A stretch of 64,000 nucleotides of DNA. Origin: Folioceros fuciformis. Lineage: Eukaryota. The translations under genes and the position numbers were made by a program. This document shows, piece by piece, positions 36,556-48,594 of this stretch (position 1 is the stretch's first letter; each line of letters starts with the position of its first letter). The notes below the pieces were generated by a model, which had not been told where the DNA came from, ran no database searches, and was given only the letters and a program-made list of their open reading frames with translations. Location of the stretch: NCBI GenBank assembly GCA_049999805.1, contig JBNGIO010005634.1:1-64000 (forward strand), in the 5' to 3' direction.

Positions 36556-36777
36556 TCACGTACCTTTTGCAAAAGATGTCTGTGCCATGCATACTACTCG
36601 GAAGGCCTGACTGTCTGTAACTTTGAAAAAGCCTTCCATAATTTTTTCGAGGTCTTCTGATGAGAGCTCGTTGTCCCATGCTTCACTATAGTTTCCCCAG
36701 GGCAGATCAAGGATGAGCAATTTGTATAAGCGATTGCTCAAATACCCAGCCATTTCTTGCAAATCACCAATAATCAC
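36556..36777 (-). pseudogene. N4C/N6A DNA methyltransferase-like fragment (motif III-IV region)
   Basis: IIGDLQEMAGYLSNRLYKLLILDLPWG..AWD resembles beta-class 'hhhGD..E.h..h....hDLhhTDPPYG...WD'. Confidence 0.55.
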
Positions 36778-37390
36778 CTAATACTCCACTTTTTGCTTAC
36801 TACTCGGCACTTAGAATGTGGATACTTTTTCATCGTTGTCTTCCTCCGCAAGTTCGCGTTGCAGGTCTTCGACTCATTTCTAGTTCCTTGCTGCATTTAT
36901 ATGCTCTTTGAAGCTATCGGGGATAATTTTTTCTTTGTACTCCTAAATTTTTCTTTGTACTTAGTGTATACAAACAAACAAACAAACTGGTCAAACCACA
37001 ATGGTTATGGCAACTAGCGCAAACTTGTGTGCACCAGGGGTGGAGATCAACAAGTTGAAGATAGCATTTCTTACAATGTGATAAAAAAGCTGGCTAAATT
37101 TGGTGATATCCTCTGGTGTCAAATGCTTGGGGTACTCTTCCTCCACTTTTGCAAATGAGGCGCATTGCAACCCAAAAAAAAAGTGGTTTGAATAATATTT
37201 AACTTCTTCGCTTTTATTATCCAAGTTTTCATCCCGCTGATCATGAGTTCACCTTGGATGACTTTCTCCAAAGCCGACATCATGATACAATCCCCTGCTT
37301 CTCCAGGTGGCATGCCGTGGAAAACTCTCCATGCAGTCGCATGCATAGGTCTAATGATGAGAAAATGAAGAGAATCTCTTCATTTTGGAT

Positions 37391-37638
37391 AAACAACTTT
37401 TTTCTATCTTAGTTTTTGATGATTATTTCAATGGAATTCTCATTGCTAGGGTACTCACAGACTCAGACTCGGGAGCTAGTGAAGTGGTTAATTACATGCA
37501 CTTCAAATCCACATGTTATCGAAGCATCCTACGTGGACTCCTTCCTCCTTTCTTGTTGATGATTGCCGAGCTGAAATAAATGCTATTCGAATAGCCTTTG
37601 CCGAGAGTATGCCCGTGTATTTATGTTTGTGGCATGTT
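37391..37638 (+). pseudogene. MULE transposase core fragment (frameshifted)
   Basis: LFSILVFDDYFNGILIARVLT.. then, in another frame, WTPSSFLVDDCRAEINAIRIAFAESMPVYLCLWHV*, with the second catalytic Asp and the CxxH signature of Mutator DDE domains. Confidence 0.75.
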
Positions 37639-37639
37639 T

Positions 37640-37830
37640 GATCCTTACCAAAAGCCACTTGGATTGATGGTACTCCTATTCGGGCTCTTTAGCGACATAG
37701 GGGAGTGGGTGATAGATGGGTGTTCTGGTAGCAGTAGCGGAGTCTTGGCCACACTATTGGAAGGTCACAATTGTATCGCCATCAACATGGAACAGCGGCA
37801 TACAATCTTTATCGAACAGAGAATAACTGG
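37640..37830 (+). pseudogene. N4C/N6A DNA methyltransferase-like fragment (motifs X-I-II, SAM binding)
   Basis: DPYQKPLGLMVLLFGLFSDIGEWVIDGCSGSSSGVLATLLEGHNCIAINMEQRH resembles 'HPxQKP..Lh..hh..hS..GD.VLDPF.GSGT..hAA...GR.hhGhE'. Confidence 0.7.
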
Positions 37831-38159
37831 ACATGAAGTGTTTTCATCGGACAAAGAAGAGTTGATGACAAAGCCGCATAGTCAGGGGCACTCATTATTC
37901 TTTGCCCGTGAGGTTACAAGTGGGAGTTCTGTTAGACAACGAGCTCAAACACTGCAAATGGTGCATGGGAACACTGCACATTTGGATCTCTTAATCTCAA
38001 GGCCACGCAAAGAAGAAGACTAAGGGGAAAGGCAAGGAGAGAGCAAACACGGAAGCGGAGGAGAGCGCAAAGGAACTTGAGCAACATCCCAGTGTTGAGC
38101 AATGGGAGCCTGATCATTTTGAGACATTCTCGAACACAGCTTCACCGGTAAGAAATGCA

Positions 38160-41100
38160 TGTTAATGTATGTATCTAACCCTAGTGTAGATACAGGTCCA
38201 GGTCGTAGGTTAGACTAACAACTCTAGCGGTTAGTAACCGCTCGTCGCATGCTCATGTCACCGGCGTGTACTACATTCTTAATGCTAATCCTCCTACGCC
38301 TACCGGCCTTCCGCGCGTGCTGATACATGTCATGGTATCAGAGCTACAATCATCTCGATTCCCGGTCTGATTTAATCAATCACGATTATGCAACATGGCG
38401 CTGGAATTCTCTCCAACCCCTGGTGAATTTTTCCAGTCACGTTGTGTTGTGCTTGCATCTCGGACCTGGTTCCACGCAATGGCCACTTTTCTAGTGGCAG
38501 GCTTGCACGGCGCCTTTTCTTCGCCAACCTGAGCGTTGCTACCTCGGTTGTGCTGCTGTTACAAATGCATCTGGGGATTCATCTCTGGAGAATGTCGACG
38601 GCAGCAAGCGAGGGTTGGTGACAATGCCTGGTTTGCAAAAACAATAGCGCCTAGCAAGGAGAGCCAGTATCCAGCAAGCACTGCGAGACTGGGAACGCAG
38701 GCAGGAGGAGGCTTACATGTGTCCTCTTGCACCCACGCGATGGCAACAGGTTTGGGTACAAATATGCATCATTTGTGAACTAATGGCCACGAACATTGTA
38801 CAAGGTTATCCAGCCCTCGATGGATATGACTGGGGTAAGATAGATGTGTTGGATTTACTTTGAACGCCATCCTGCTCCCTGAAGGCAGAGTGGTTGAGCC
38901 TGAAGTCCTAAGGGGCAGTCGAAGATCATGGCCCAGCAGCAGACTCCTCAACTCCATGCAATCAATATACCAAAGGAGGACAAGTTCGATGGTACTAATT
39001 ATCATGTATGGCAGAAAAGTATGGAGGAGATTCTCAAATCGAGAAAACTTTGGGCACATGTTTACGGTGTGGGTACACCTCCCGTACCCACACCCAAGCC
39101 AGGTGCTGGAGCCACACCAGAACAAGTAGCTAGTTGGGAGGAAGCTGACCAGTTGGCACGCACCTTACTGCACTTCAGCGTCAAGAGTAGCCATACTGGA
39201 GTATTCCAAGGCGCTGAAGAGAATGCAGCCGCCTGGTGGAAACAGATTAAAGCATTGTACGATTCGAGGGATCTCATGCTGCAAACCTTTGTACTCAAGC
39301 AGTTCATGGGTCTGAAAATGAAGGAGTCAGACTCTGTTGATCAGCATGTCCTCGAGTTTCGTAACTCTCGAGCACGAGTGGCATCTGTAGGCTTTAACAT
39401 TGAGGAGGAGCTCCTGGCTGTCATTCTCCTCACCACATTGCCCGAGACTTGGTCAAGTGTGGTTCAGGGCCTGCAAGGAATTCAAGCCATCTCAGTAAAT
39501 CGGGTGATAGCAGCCATGCTTACAGAAGAATCTCGAAGGAAGATTGCAAGTTCGTCTCTCTCAGGAGGAGAAGACAAGGCCCTATGGACGGGCAGACCTG
39601 GAAGAGGTCGAGGACGTGGACGTCCCTTTGTAAGAGGCAGGGGCAGAGGCCGAAGCATGCCCCCTAGGTCTCCAGGTTTTGGCAGCAGCAAAGGCAAGCC
39701 ACCATGTGGGTTCTGCGGGATGACCAACCATACTTAGGAAGTGTGTCGAAAGAGGCTGGCTGGAGAAGGTGGACACTCGGGGCACCTAGCTGTGACCATG
39801 CACAAGTACAGTCGAGCTTTCTGTACTAGTGTCATTTCCGACACTAAAGTGACCTCACCTCGAGATCACATGTGCAACGTGGCCACCTGTTTTGCAAGTC
39901 AACTTGACCACACATGGTACATTGACCGCGGAGCCTCGCAGCATATGACTCCTCATGCTGCATACTTTACTGAATTGACTGAGTGTGAGACTGCCAAGTT
40001 TGTGTGTTTGGGAGATAACTCACATCATGCCATTGTAGGCCAGGGCACCATTCGGCTAGACTTGAAGCATGACCAACACTTGGAAATACCTAATGTCCTC
40101 TATGTGCCAGGACTTGCCAAGAATCTTGTTTCAGTTCGCAAAATCGACGAGTCGGGCTGCTTTGTGTGCTTTGGAGGCAGCAAGTGCGTAGTAGAAACCA
40201 AGGAAGGCACCCTCTTGGCCACTGGCCACCTACAGGAAGACGATCTCTATCACCTCGACCTTCAGGATGCAAAGGCATACTCAGCAGGAGGCAGCTCACA
40301 TTACGCCAAACCATCACTTACGTATCTGTGGCATCTTCATCTAGGTCACGTTAACTTTCGCAAGCTCGTCACCATGTGCAAGACAAACTGGTGGATGGCA
40401 TTACTTTGGATAGTTTGCAAGACTTTGGAGTCTGTGCGGCGTGTGTTTTGGGCAAACACAAGCGGTCACCTTTTCCTGTTGACACGGCCACCCGAGCAAT
40501 GGAGCTTTTAGGCCTTGTGCTTAGCGATGTCTGTGGCAAACTTCCAGTTTCTTTAGGAGGGCATGAATACTTTACCACATTCATTGATGACCTCTCCCGA
40601 TTTTGCGTGGTTTACTTCCTAAAGCACAAGTCCAAGACCTTCACATGTTTTGTTGAGTACAAGGCCTAGGCTGAGACACAGACTGGACATCGTTTGAAAG
40701 TGTTGAGGTCTGATAATGGCGGGGAGTACATCTCTCGTGAGTTTGATGCCTTTTGCAAGGAGCCTGGAATCGGCAGGCAACTGACCAATCCCTACACCCC
40801 GCAACAAAATGGGGTTTCTGAAAACAAGAACCGGTCTTTAGAGACATCAGCCACAAGCATGCTGCAGTATGCAAATTTGCCTAAAGCCTACTGGGCAGAA
40901 GCCGTGGCTTATGCAGCTTATATTCAGAACAGAATAGCACACAAGGCAGTGAAGGGCAAAACTCCTTACGAACTCTGGACAGGCAGGAAGCCAAACCTCT
41001 CCCATTTACGTGTGTTTGGCTCATCCGTGTATACACAGATACACAAGGACCTGCGCAGAAAATTCGAGCCTAAGTCTAATCATTGCATCTTCATCGGCTT

Positions 41101-43590
41101 TACTGAAGGCATAAAAGGCTTCAAAGTGCTCAATAGACGAACCCGAGCCGTCACTCACTCTCGGGACGTGGTGTTTGTCGAAGGTGTGGAGTCTCAACAG
41201 CCAGTGGGAGCACCCTTGCCTACGTCTTCTAGCTCGGATGACGATTCTGCACATGAAGAGGAGGAGGAGCTGATGGTTGGAAACATACCAGTACCTCTTC
41301 CTGCAGCACCGGTAGCACCTGTGGTACCTGCTGGACCAACAGTACCGCAGTCACCACAAATGCATACACCATTAAGGACACCTGGACGCATTGTCAGTAG
41401 TAGAAACCCACATGACATACCTTCGGCCGAGTCATTGCATTTTGAAGAGGCGGAGACAATAATCCCGTCAGCTCCGCCAGTTGGACAGAACAGAAAGAAG
41501 GATAAGCATCCTCATTTCGAGACGAGGCAATCACAGAGGACGCGCAGACTCTCCGACTTCTATGTGCCAGAAGACTTTCGGTACTCAAAATCACATTTGA
41601 CCTACTGCCTAGCTGCCAATACTGTGCTGTATGAACCTCCTACTTATGAAGAAGCACTCCGCTGCCCTGATGCTGAGCACTGGCACAAAGCTATTCAGTC
41701 TGAATTAGCCTCCCTGTACGAGAACCAAACATGGACAATTGCCAGTCTCCCTGCAGATAGGAAGCAAGTGGGCAGTAAGTGGGTTTTCAAAATCAAACTA
41801 AAAGCTGACGGAAGTATTTCGAGGTACAAAGCAAGGCTAGTCGCAAAAGGGTATTCGCAAATACCCGGGGTGGACTATGATGATACATTTAGTCCTGTAG
41901 TTAAGCTAAATACCTTGCGGATGTTTGTTGCCCTTGCTGCGGTCAACAATCTCGAGCTGGAGCAGCTCGACGTCACCACAGCATTCCTGTATGGGAACTT
42001 GCAAGAGGAGATTTATATGCAAATCCCTGCAGGAGTATTAGTACCAGCGAACGTGCCTCGTCCAGTATGCAAGCTTAGGAAGACATTGTATGGGCTTAAG
42101 CAAAGCCCCCGAGCATGGTATGAACGCATTCATACGTACCTGACAGAGCTTGGATATGCAAACTTGCATGCTGATAGCAATGTGTACGTTAAGCAAGAAG
42201 GAGGAGATTTTCTGGCACTCGCCATCTATGTGGATGACATCATAATACTTAGCAATTCCCATAGAATGATTTTCGAGCTTAAGGATCACCTGAGAAGAGC
42301 GTTTAAGATCACTGAGGCTGGTGCACTGGTGTACTGCCTTGGTATGCAGTTACAGCGAAACCGAGGTGCAGGGACTATCTTCCTGCATCAACATTCATAT
42401 GCGCTGCAGATTTTAGTTAGGTACGGCATGCTAGGATGCAAACCCATTGCAACTCCAATTGAGCAGAACGTTAAGTATGTACAACAAGTTGGAGAGATAC
42501 CCTCTGAGGATGCTGAGTATGTCGAACTCTACCCGTCGAAGAATGGGAGCCTGATGCATCTCATGATTGGGAGCAGACCTGACTTAGCATTCACCTCCGG
42601 CTTAGCATCAAGGTTCGTGTCGAACCCCAACAGAACACATGTAGACCTGATGACAAGGATCTACAGATATGTATCTGGAACAGCAGACTGGGGAATTCTC
42701 TACAGTGCAAAAGCGAAAGAAGCCCTGCACCTGACTGCGTACAGTGATGCTAACTGGGGTGGCGACCCAGACAGCCGCAAAAGTATCTCCAGCTATGTGA
42801 TGATCCTGGCTGGAGGTGCAATCTCATGGAGTAGCTGTAAGCAGACCACAATCGCACTCTCCTCTACGGAAGCAGAATACAAAAGCCTGACAGAAGCGTG
42901 CAAGGAAATTACATGGTCAGTGGGAGCGTTGAGGGAGCTTGGCATACCACAGGAGCTTCCAATTGAGCTGCTATGCGACAACCAAAGTGCGATAGCTCTG
43001 TCCTTGAATCCGCGCTTCCACGCCAGGACGAAGCATATCGGCATTGAACATCAATATATCCGAGAAACCATTGCTCAAGGTCTGGTAACGATCTCTTACT
43101 GCCCCACTGAAGCCATGATCGCAGATATTCTCACGAAGGCACTTGGACGCGTCAAGCATTACGAGCATGCAAGCAACATGGGGCTGAGGTCTGCCGGCAA
43201 ACCGTTGAGATGGAGTGTAACTGCTGATCAGAGAGTGCGCCTAGAAGCGAAGACTGAAGTCTGAAGAGTGTTGACAGTTGTTAGGGCTGACGAGTTTCTT
43301 TCAATAATGTCAAGTTTCTATAGATTAGGTTAGCGCTTCTCAGCTAAAAACTATACAAAACAACTATAAACTATATATATATATAAACATATCCTAACTC
43401 TAGACCTGAGTGGGAGTGTTAATCTATGTATCTAACCCTAGTGTAGATACAGGTCCAGGTCGTAGGTTAGACTAAAAACTCTAGCGGTTAGTAACCGCTC
43501 GTCGCGTGCTCATGTCACCGGCGTGTACTACATTCTTAATGCTAATCCTCCTACGCCTACCGGCCTTCCGCGCGTGCTCGATACATGTCA
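38160..43590 (+). mobile_element. Full-length Ty1/Copia LTR retrotransposon (coding region disrupted)
   Basis: TG..CA LTRs at 38160-38332 and 43417-43590; TSD ATGCA on both sides; PBS TGGTATCAGAGC at 38333-38344; purine tract before the 3' LTR; gag-PR-IN-RT-RH order. Confidence 0.97.
38928..43264 (+). pseudogene. Copia gag-pol polyprotein with two premature TAG stops and a frameshift
   Basis: Gag KFDGTNYHVW and zinc knuckle CGFCGMTNH; protease WYIDRGASQHM; integrase LRSDNGGEY and TPQQNGVSE; RT YKARLVAKGY, QLDVTTAFL, LYGLKQSPRAW, IYVDD; RNase H YSDANW and ADILTK. Stops at ~39737 and ~40669, frameshift near 40380. Confidence 0.93.
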
Positions 43591-44049
43591 ATGCAAACGA
43601 GCTAGAAGAGTCAAATATGGGCAGAGAGAATGAGGAGAGAGAGGATGAAGTTATTGTCCCCATGACGAAACGACCATAATCTCCACAAATTCAAAGTTAG
43701 GATTCACCGATAGGTAGGATGCAAAGTTGCAATCCGCAGAGGCACGGACTTAGGCACCCTAGGAACCTACTGTGCTCTTTTATGTGTGTAAATTTGGTAA
43801 AACCTTAATGGACATTGTGTGCTTGCCATAACGAGATCCTTCTGACAAGAGTTGTTTCGAATACGCGGACGGCATGCAGTTTAGGGTTACTAACACTAGA
43901 TGTGCAATATGACATGTTTTTGGGATGGAAAGGGATGAAATTTGGTAGGTAGGAAAGACTAAATGCGGCTTTCTGGAGGAAGCCAATTTATTTCAGACAC
44001 CATTAGAACACCAAAGTTAACAAGCTTCTATAATGTGACTCTAAACTTA

Positions 44050-45000
44050 GATATCACATGCCAGGTACTCACTTTCCATTTGTTGGTCCCAAAGGTTGCA
44101 TACATAGACAATACATTATTTGTCCCCCATTTGACAAGCATCTCCTCTTGGAAAGGTGTTTGTATCCCTAAGGAAAACATAGAATGTTCTCCCGAGAAGT
44201 GAAACACAATGTCCTTGTGCATAGCTATCCACAAATGGACATTATCCTCATCACGAGCAGCCAAGGCAAAGAAGTGAGCACATGCTTCTCTTGCAATATT
44301 GTCAACATCCTTTCCAATAAGACAATTATCTCGTGAAGGCGTGAGAGTAGCTAATCTGCTGCCCATGAACTGAATACTCATTATCTCTTCATAGTCTGTA
44401 AGAATTTGGGCTCTTGGCACCTTGAAAAACACCCTGTGCTTCACCCAATTCCGAATATCCTTCGATAAGTGAGGAGACAAGTGAGTTGGGGTCTCACATG
44501 GTTGACCGTGACAAAATTGGCCATTACTATCCACATTGGAGCCCACAAAAACCTTAATCTGAGCAACATCAGGCCACACCAAGAGCTGTCGTACCTCAAA
44601 ATTATATTGGCACCCCCTTTTGATGTTGTCCCCATGTTTCACCTTTAACCGTCTGTTGCCCATGCCAGCCTTTAGTTTGTTGGTGAGCTCTGTAAACACT
44701 TGTGTCCCTGTTAAACGCTTGTTTTCGGGGCCCATATGCACAAAAATGTTTATACAATCTTACATAATAGCAATGAAGTGTGCATTGGGCACGACAAAAT
44801 AGAGCTGCTCTGTTCATAGGGGTGTGAGGAGTGTGACATTAAATGTGTAAATTTGTTGGAAAGCCTTCCAAGGTTTCCTCCCCTTTCACAAAATCAGTAA
44901 CTCTCTCAAAAGGAATGAAAGAGACTCGCACATTCCTACAACAACTACCATATCTCTACTGCTCATGCATCCATTTGAGTTCTTGTTGTGTGAAGAGGCC
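44050..45000 (-). pseudogene. Mutator/SWIM-type transposase N-terminal part
   Basis: FIPFERVTDFVKGEE..FPT; KRGCQYNFEVRQL; HLSPHLSKDIRNWV; RDNCLIGKDVDNI; FSLGIQTPFQEEMLVKWGTNNVLSMYATFGTNKWK (first catalytic D appears mutated to Y). Confidence 0.7.
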
Positions 45001-45061
45001 CAACTGACGTTGTGAGAGGGCCTAGATGGTAGGCCAAGGAATTATTTGAGAGGATGCCTCA

Positions 45062-45552
45062 TTAGAACTGTAGAACATAGGAACATGCAATGCAAGTGAA
45101 TGACATGCAAGGGTCAAAGATGAGTGCGAGGACACGGGGAGGGGGAGAATTCATGGATTGTAGTCGCACCTTGAATTCTTTGCCATTCTTAGGAAGTGGA
45201 ATTTGATGCAAAATTCCACTGCAAACAAATCAACTATTATTCAAGTACTTTTCATGGGCACTCTTTCCATCTTCAGCACACACCTGCTCTTTAAATAGCT
45301 CTCATGCCACATTAGAATTGCAAAACACGGGAACATGTAATACAAGTGAATCGCATGCAAGGGTCAAAGATGAGTGTGAGGAAATGTTGGGGGGGAGAAT
45401 TCATGGATTGCAAGTGCACCTTGAACTCTCTGCCATTCTCAGGAAGTAGAATTTCATGCAGAATTCCACGGCAAACAGATCAACACCTATTCAGGTGCTT
45501 TTCATGGGCACACTTTCTATCTTCAATACACACCTGCTCTTTGAATAGCTCT
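45062..45552. repeat. Diverged ~250-bp tandem duplication
   Basis: Two related copies of GAACATG..CAAGTGAAT..CATGCAAGGGTCAAAGATGAGTG..CACACCTGCTCTTT..ATAGCTCTC. Confidence 0.8.
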
Positions 45553-46471
45553 CTAATGAGTCTCCATCCCATGCATCCTTATTCAGTGTCCACTGCAATT
45601 TCATTGTCTGCTCTCGTTTGTAAATGCTCCACGCATTCCTCAATATCCATTCAGTAAGTACATTGTCATCCGTTGCGAGAAAATGTTCAGCAGCTCACGA
45701 TCACGTTCAATTAACTGAGGGCAGGGTTTCAGTCTGTATGCTATAACCTTAGGGCACATTTCTGTATTCCATATACGTCATAACAAATCGGTGACCTGTA
45801 TGAGAGAAACTAACAAGTTCCCGGTGACTTGTATCCATTTGCACCTCCTCTAGCTTGCTGCACAGCTTTTGTCACCTCATTAAAACTTCGAAGTATTTAG
45901 GAGACGGGTATTTAGGAGATGGGACCCTCAGGTGCATGCGTTTAGGATTCCGTCATTCCCATACTGCTAGGTACGAGTTAGAGCGGCATGTGCACTTCTT
46001 GTTTTGAAGGGTTCTTGTGTTGTTATTAGGGATATGGATGTTGGTTAAAGATTGAGATCAAGGTTAGGATTATGATTAGGATTTTGTCATTAGGGATAGG
46101 GGTTTAGGGTCGAATGAGAACAATATGGATTTGAATTCTTGTGGTAACTTGGAAGTGTTACTAACTAACACACCTTTTTCAGTGTAGCTTCTTAAGTTAG
46201 GGTTATTTAACCATACTGACCTAAGATGGGTTTCTTCTCAATATGACATTCTAGGGCACTAGGACAGCAAAAACATGTGAGGGTTGCTCACATACTCTTT
46301 ATGCATAAGCATCAATAGGCATACAGTCTAGAAGTTGAGCAACAACAAATAAGTCTAAACATGGTCTACGTTCTAACCGAAGTTAGAACAAAATAAATCT
46401 ACGTCCTAATTGAAGTTGTTCATACTTTGAGAACAAAATAGGTTTGCCCCTTCAAATTGTTGAGTCCAGTT

Positions 46472-46827
46472 GGTCCCTATAATTGTATCCTTTACAAGCC
46501 TATGAAGACAATATTGAAGATAGATCCCTATAGTTGTGCCTTTACAAGCCTAGGAAGGCAATATTGAAGATAAGTCCCTATAGTTGTGTCCCTTACAAGC
46601 CTAGGAAGGCAATATTGAAGATAGGTCCCTATAGTTGTATCTTTTACAAGCCTATGAAGACAATATTGAAGATAGGTCCCTATAGTTGTGTCATTTACAA
46701 GCTTATGAAGGCAATATTGAAGATAGGTCCTTATAGTTGTGTCCTTTACAAGCCTATGAAGGTAATATTGAAGATAGGTCCCTATAGTTGTGTCCTTTAC
46801 AAGCCTATGAAGGCAATATTGAAGATA
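46472..46827. repeat. 51-bp minisatellite (~7 copies; GGTCCCTATAGTTGTGTCCTTTACAAGCCTATGAAGGCAATATTGAAGATA)
   Basis: Directly visible; 17-aa periodic ORFs on both strands. Confidence 0.95.
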
Positions 46828-46983
46828 GCCCTCCTGCAAAGTGGGGACAGTTTCAACTAACGTAGGGAACCATGCAATTAGAGGAAGAATTTAAACCTTT
46901 AGCAATTTCATAACTTCAAACATTCTGAGAATCCAACTCCTCCTTGTATGTGTTTTCTGAAGTGCCACTTTGTGAGGTTTACG

Positions 46984-47675
46984 ATATCGCTGGTCACTCC
47001 ATACCTACCACCCCTACATGCCACAAACACTAAAAGTAGCATGCAACACACACATCTTACCACTTATTGATATGATTTTCGTTAAGCTAGATAGTTGTCT
47101 TATTCACGAAGAACTAAAGCGAATTTGGAATCTTCAAGCACCCTAGACAATTGAACTCGCTCCTTGGAACTTGTGAAGTGGCATGCTATGATATTTTCCA
47201 TCTGTGATGTCGTTGGTCACTCAATACTCATCACACCTGCATGCCACATACACCTAAAGTAGCATGCAACACACGCATCTTACCACCTATTGATATAATT
47301 TTCGTTAAGCTAGATTGTTGTCTCATTCATGAAGAACTGAAGCGAATTTGGAATCTTTAAGCACCCTAGACAATTGAACTCACTCTTTGGAACTTGTGAA
47401 GTGGCATGCTATGATATTTTTCTTCTACGAAGACCTCATTTGACCGATGTTATGTAGGTCATTCCTTGATGCTTGCATGAAATACAAAAGCTCACTTGGC
47501 CTCTCATAAGGAGTGAGGGAAGTCATTGAGAAAACGGTTTGTAATGAGAACTACATATTAGATTGTTGCAAGTTGAAATTGGGTCCACATTTCTACTGTG
47601 AAGTGCATCTATCCTAAGAACTACATACTAGATTGTTGCAAGTTGAAATTGGGTTCATATTTCTACTGTGAAGTA
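46984..47675. repeat. Tandem duplications (~220-bp pair at 46984-47420; ~70-bp pair at 47547-47675)
   Basis: Duplicated blocks ..GGTCACTC..AAAGTAGCATGCAACAC..GAAGTGGCATGCTATGATATTTT and AGAACTACATA.TAGATTGTTGCAAGTTGAAATTGGGT.. Confidence 0.8.
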
Positions 47676-48494
47676 CATGTGGATAGACATCCCGTCTGGG
47701 CATTTGATTAGGCATCAATGTCTGCATCTACGTAGGCATGCCATCCATGCATTTGCTTCATCGTCCTATCTGCACATATGCTTATCCTTCCCGTCTACAT
47801 ATATACTCAAACATCATGTCTGTGCATATGCTTAGGCAATTGATGGTTGAAGGCCTATAAGCAAGTAGCTCCTATTACTGGAATATAAGTAGATTAGTGT
47901 TGAGTAGTGCTACAAGTGAACGATTGAGATAAATTGCATGTCTACATTTACTATAGTTCTAAGCATGACAAACTTTGCACGCAGAAACACACAACAACAC
48001 AAAAGGGCAAAAAAGCACAAGTGAGAAATAATGTGAAGCGCAATCGCCAAATACAGGAAAAGCTTGTTGTCCATTTATGCTCTTACTGTGTGGTGAGAGT
48101 GTATGTGCATGATTGCATGCATGCACTATAACAATCTCTATATAATAGAATAATTTACAATACTGAATTTAGGAAATTTGGAAGCATCCATAGTAGCAAG
48201 TTGTCAAGAGAACCAGCATGAATTTTGGTGCTTAGAAATTCTCTCAAATGAATATGCATAATGAACTAGAGAGTTAATAAAGTCTTTGTAGGGCTATAAA
48301 GTCTAAACATGGAATAGGGATATTTATGAGAAAATAGGTACATTACGCACAACATAGTGCTAGTGTGTAGTGCCTTGTACCATTTTTACACTATACATGC
48401 AATCACATACGTGATATATAAAACAGGATGAAGTGAGAGAGTCCATGATAGAACTTTGCGGCTAGTGCAAAAGATGTGATAGGTATCATTCCCC

Positions 48495-48594
48495 NNNNNN
48501 NNNNNNNNNNNNNNNNNNNNNNNNNNNNNNNNNNNNNNNNNNNNNNNNNNNNNNNNNNNNNNNNNNNNNNNNNNNNNNNNNNNNNNNNNNNNNN
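48495..48594. other. Assembly gap (100 N) next to a 39-bp tandem repeat
   Basis: N run followed by CAAGTACAAGTGCTTGCGAA..TACAAATCACCCC x2. Confidence 0.95.

Larger units (their letters stand above)
35740..45781. mobile_element. Decayed, rearranged Mutator-like (SWIM-type) DNA transposon carrying DNA-methyltransferase remnants; split by a Copia insertion
   Basis: 17-bp inverted termini ATGATGTATACGGAATA (35740) / TATTCCATATACGTCAT (ends 45781). Transposase pieces at 44050-45000(-), 37391-37638(+) and 36240-36392(-). No matching TSD seen. Confidence 0.55.

Noticed and set aside
46528-46860. 17-aa periodic ORFs on both strands
   Set aside because: Translation of a 51-bp minisatellite; no evidence of coding function
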